52,262 nt of DNA from Octopus bimaculoides (lineage: Eukaryota), in the NCBI RefSeq assembly GCF_001194135.2, contig NC_068984.1, forward strand, positions 19,874,724 to 19,926,985, read 5' to 3'. The position numbers and the translations under genes are program-made. Below, piece by piece: positions 49,501-52,262 of this stretch (positions are counted from its first letter, which is position 1; the number at the start of each line of letters is the position of its first letter). The notes under the pieces were generated by a model, which was not told the origin of the DNA, did not search any database, and saw only the letters and a list, made by a program, of their open reading frames with translations.

Positions 49501-50232
49501 ACACAAACAGCTTTACAGAAACTTCTCATAAATCTTTTATGCAGTTTTAACTGAATTGGAAAATATTTATTTTATGAACTGTGCAAACTCTAAACATATA
49601 TAAGAACCACAGAGAATGAGAGAAGATATCACATAACACATTTTGTCTTCTGTTCTTAGCTATTAACACGCATTAAAAATCTACTTAATTGTTACTGAAA
49701 TCAAATACTCTGAGGTAACAGTTTAGTTTTGATTTGATTCATATAATACCCTTTATGTGTGATTTGTGTATTTTTAATAGGTTCTGTGTCTCACGTTTGT
49801 TGCATTATATTTCATCTTGTATTGTTCTACGACTTGGTCTATTAACATGTTCACAGCATACACTAATCATAAAAAGAAAATGGATATGAACACCTGAATG
49901 ATGATGTAAATGCTATTGGTTATGTCTACACCAATCATACAGGTCCTACCAGAACATACACACCAACATTACTTAATCCTGAAGATGAAACAATGAAAGT
50001 TTACAAACATTGGTAAGGAATTTAGGAACTCTGGCGTTCCAAACAAAATATAAGGAACTTATGCAGAAATATGGCAAAAAACTTAGATAAAAAGATAAAA
50101 CTCTGGGTTTCACACACACACAAACACACACACACACACACATATATATATATGAGGTGTTTTGGTAGCCAGAAGACCCAAAAGGCAGGTAAGGCTGTAT
50201 AAGTGCTACAAAAGGACCACTGATATACCTGG

Positions 50233-50551
50233 GACATTTATAAATAGAAAGGTGGTTTTACAGCTGTTTCAGGGAAATAAATGATACCCCATCATCAGAG
50301 ACAAGTTAAAAGAGTTTCAATAGAAGGAATTAGTAGAGTTCATTTTTTTAGAAGTTATTCTGAAGAGGGAGAGATATACAAGAAATTAGATATAATGCAG
50401 AAAGTATATCTAATTTCCTGTATATCTCTCCCTATTCAGAGGGAACTCTACTAATTACTTCTATTGAAGCTCTTTTAACTCGTCACTGATGATGGGGTAT
50501 CATTTATTTCCCTGAAACAGTTGTAAGACCACCTCTCTATTTATAAATGTC
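50233..50551. mobile_element. Long foldback hairpin (~150-bp arms, 10-nt loop)
   Basis: 50233-50394 pairs with 50405-50551. The loop is atgcagaaag, and there is one ~15-nt bulge in the left arm. Confidence 0.85.
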
Positions 50552-50608
50552 TTATGAATATCAAATTGCCTTGGCCTTGTTATCTTATTTTATTTAACAT
50601 AGATATAT

Positions 50609-50797
50609 GTGGGTGGCACGTAAAAGCACCCACTACACTCTCTGAGTGGTTGGCGTTAGGAAGGGCATCCAGCTGTAGAAACTCTGCCAAATCAGATTGA
50701 ATCCCCGTGTAGCCATCTGGTTCACCAGTCCTCAGTCAAATCGTCCAACCCATGCTAGCATGGAAAGCGGACGTTATACGACGATGATGATGATGAT
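50609..50797 (+). mobile_element. Family A RTE-tail copy (young)
   Basis: ggtggcacgtaaaagcacccactacactctctgagtggttggcgttaggaaggg...(GAT)n. Confidence 0.9.
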
Positions 50798-52209
50798 ATA
50801 AACCTTTAGCAACTGCATTTTTCTCTAGAATTGTTTCCCCTTCCACCTGCCCAGTTACTACAGGGGAAATAACTCAGACAGTGATATTATACACCTGCAG
50901 TGTGCTAAAGGTTAATTGAAGCGTACAAGATTATATATACATTATGGCCAATCTTACCAATCAGTTTCGCACTAGAGGTTCAACAGAGTGTTAGGTAACA
51001 ATCTGATTATGTGAACCCACACTCTTCAGAGATAGCCATTATGGAATGAAATATGCCAACCTGACAGATAAACAAGTGCAATTTTTTCCTAACTTATGGA
51101 TTCTTAGATGGCTTACACACACACACACACACATATATATAACATCATCATCCTTTTAACATCCACTTTTCCCTGCTTGCATGAGTCAGATGAAATCTGT
51201 CGAGGCAAACTTTTACAGCTGGATGATCTTCATGTCACCAAACTTCACCTGTTTCCAAGTAAGGTAAAATTTCTCCCATGAATGCAATGTTTCCACAGAA
51301 AAATAAAAATGAAAGACACCACTTACATGATAGTCACACTTTGTTTACAACTACCACAGGACACCAAAGCAAGGAGACATTAACACACACACAATAGGGT
51401 TCTTTCAGCTGCTGTTCAATAAATCCATTTGCAAAGCTTTGGTCAGCCCAACTCTATAGAATGAGACACTTGTCCAAGGATCCACACAGTAAGATTGGAC
51501 CCAAGGTCTCATGGTTAGGAAGCAAACTTTTAAGTACACATATACTGATGCACCTACATATGTAAATATAAATATATTCTTTTATTCTTTTATTTTTTTA
51601 CTTGTTGAGAGGGCCATGCTGGAGCAATTCCTTGAAGGGTTTTAATCAAACACATCAACCCCAGAAATTATCTTTTAAACCTAGTACTTATTCTATCAGT
51701 TCCCTTTTGCTGAACTGCTAAGTTATTCAGAGGTAAACACACCAACAGCAGCTGTCGAGCAGTGATGGGGAGCAAACACAGATGCAAAGACATATGCACA
51801 CACACACACACACACACATATATATAAATATATAGTTCAAATTTATAGAAAAACAAAGATGAAAACAGGCATAGGAACAACAAGCAAGCGTATTAGTTTG
51901 ACACTCAGGAAAAATGGAAAAGTCTTTCATGCTTCAAGCCTACACTCTGTGGCAGAAAGGAATAAGAGGAAACAAATGGAGAGAGAATGAAAATAAAACG
52001 TGCTGAGTTCCGTGGTCCAATATGGCAAGTATCGTATATGTATATATATACAATGGGCTTCTTTCAGTTTCCATTTAACAAATCTGCTCACAAGGCTTTG
52101 GTTAGCCCGAGTCTATAGAAGACACTTGCCCAAGGTGTCACGCAGTGGGACTGAACATGGAAGCATGTGTTGGGAAGCAAGCTTCTTACTACACTGTCAT
52201 GCCTACGCC

Positions 52210-52262
<53 letters not shown>

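Overview
AT-rich, microsatellite-saturated animal genomic DNA with seven N-gaps. The repeat families match those I recall from Octopus, so the species call is an inference. No complete protein-coding gene is recognisable, and most entries in the supplied ORF track are translations of (CAT)n/(CA)n/(TA)n tracts or N-runs. The window is dominated by layered, often nested mobile elements: 3' ends of an RTE-type LINE with (GAT)n tails, tRNA-headed SINEs (CORE-like and Nin-like), an R4/Dong-type 3' end inside a (TAA)n tract, decayed mariner and Tc1 transposases, and hAT, mariner and piggyBac-like MITEs plus several foldback elements. The most notable unexplained signals are four. (1) Four minimal hammerhead-ribozyme folds in three Penelope-like families, one fused to a tRNA-like Pol III head with an inverted 5' duplication and a 13-bp TSD (31514-31854). 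(2) A 17-bp-phased array of six STAT-type TTC(N3/N4)GAA palindromes (4589-4682). (3) A 42-45-bp higher-order minisatellite with a conserved 16-bp core (34361-34838). (4) Telomeric repeats inside an inverted-arm element (46221-46898). Three phase-compatible candidate exons on the minus strand hint that much of the window is intronic, but no gene family could be assigned.
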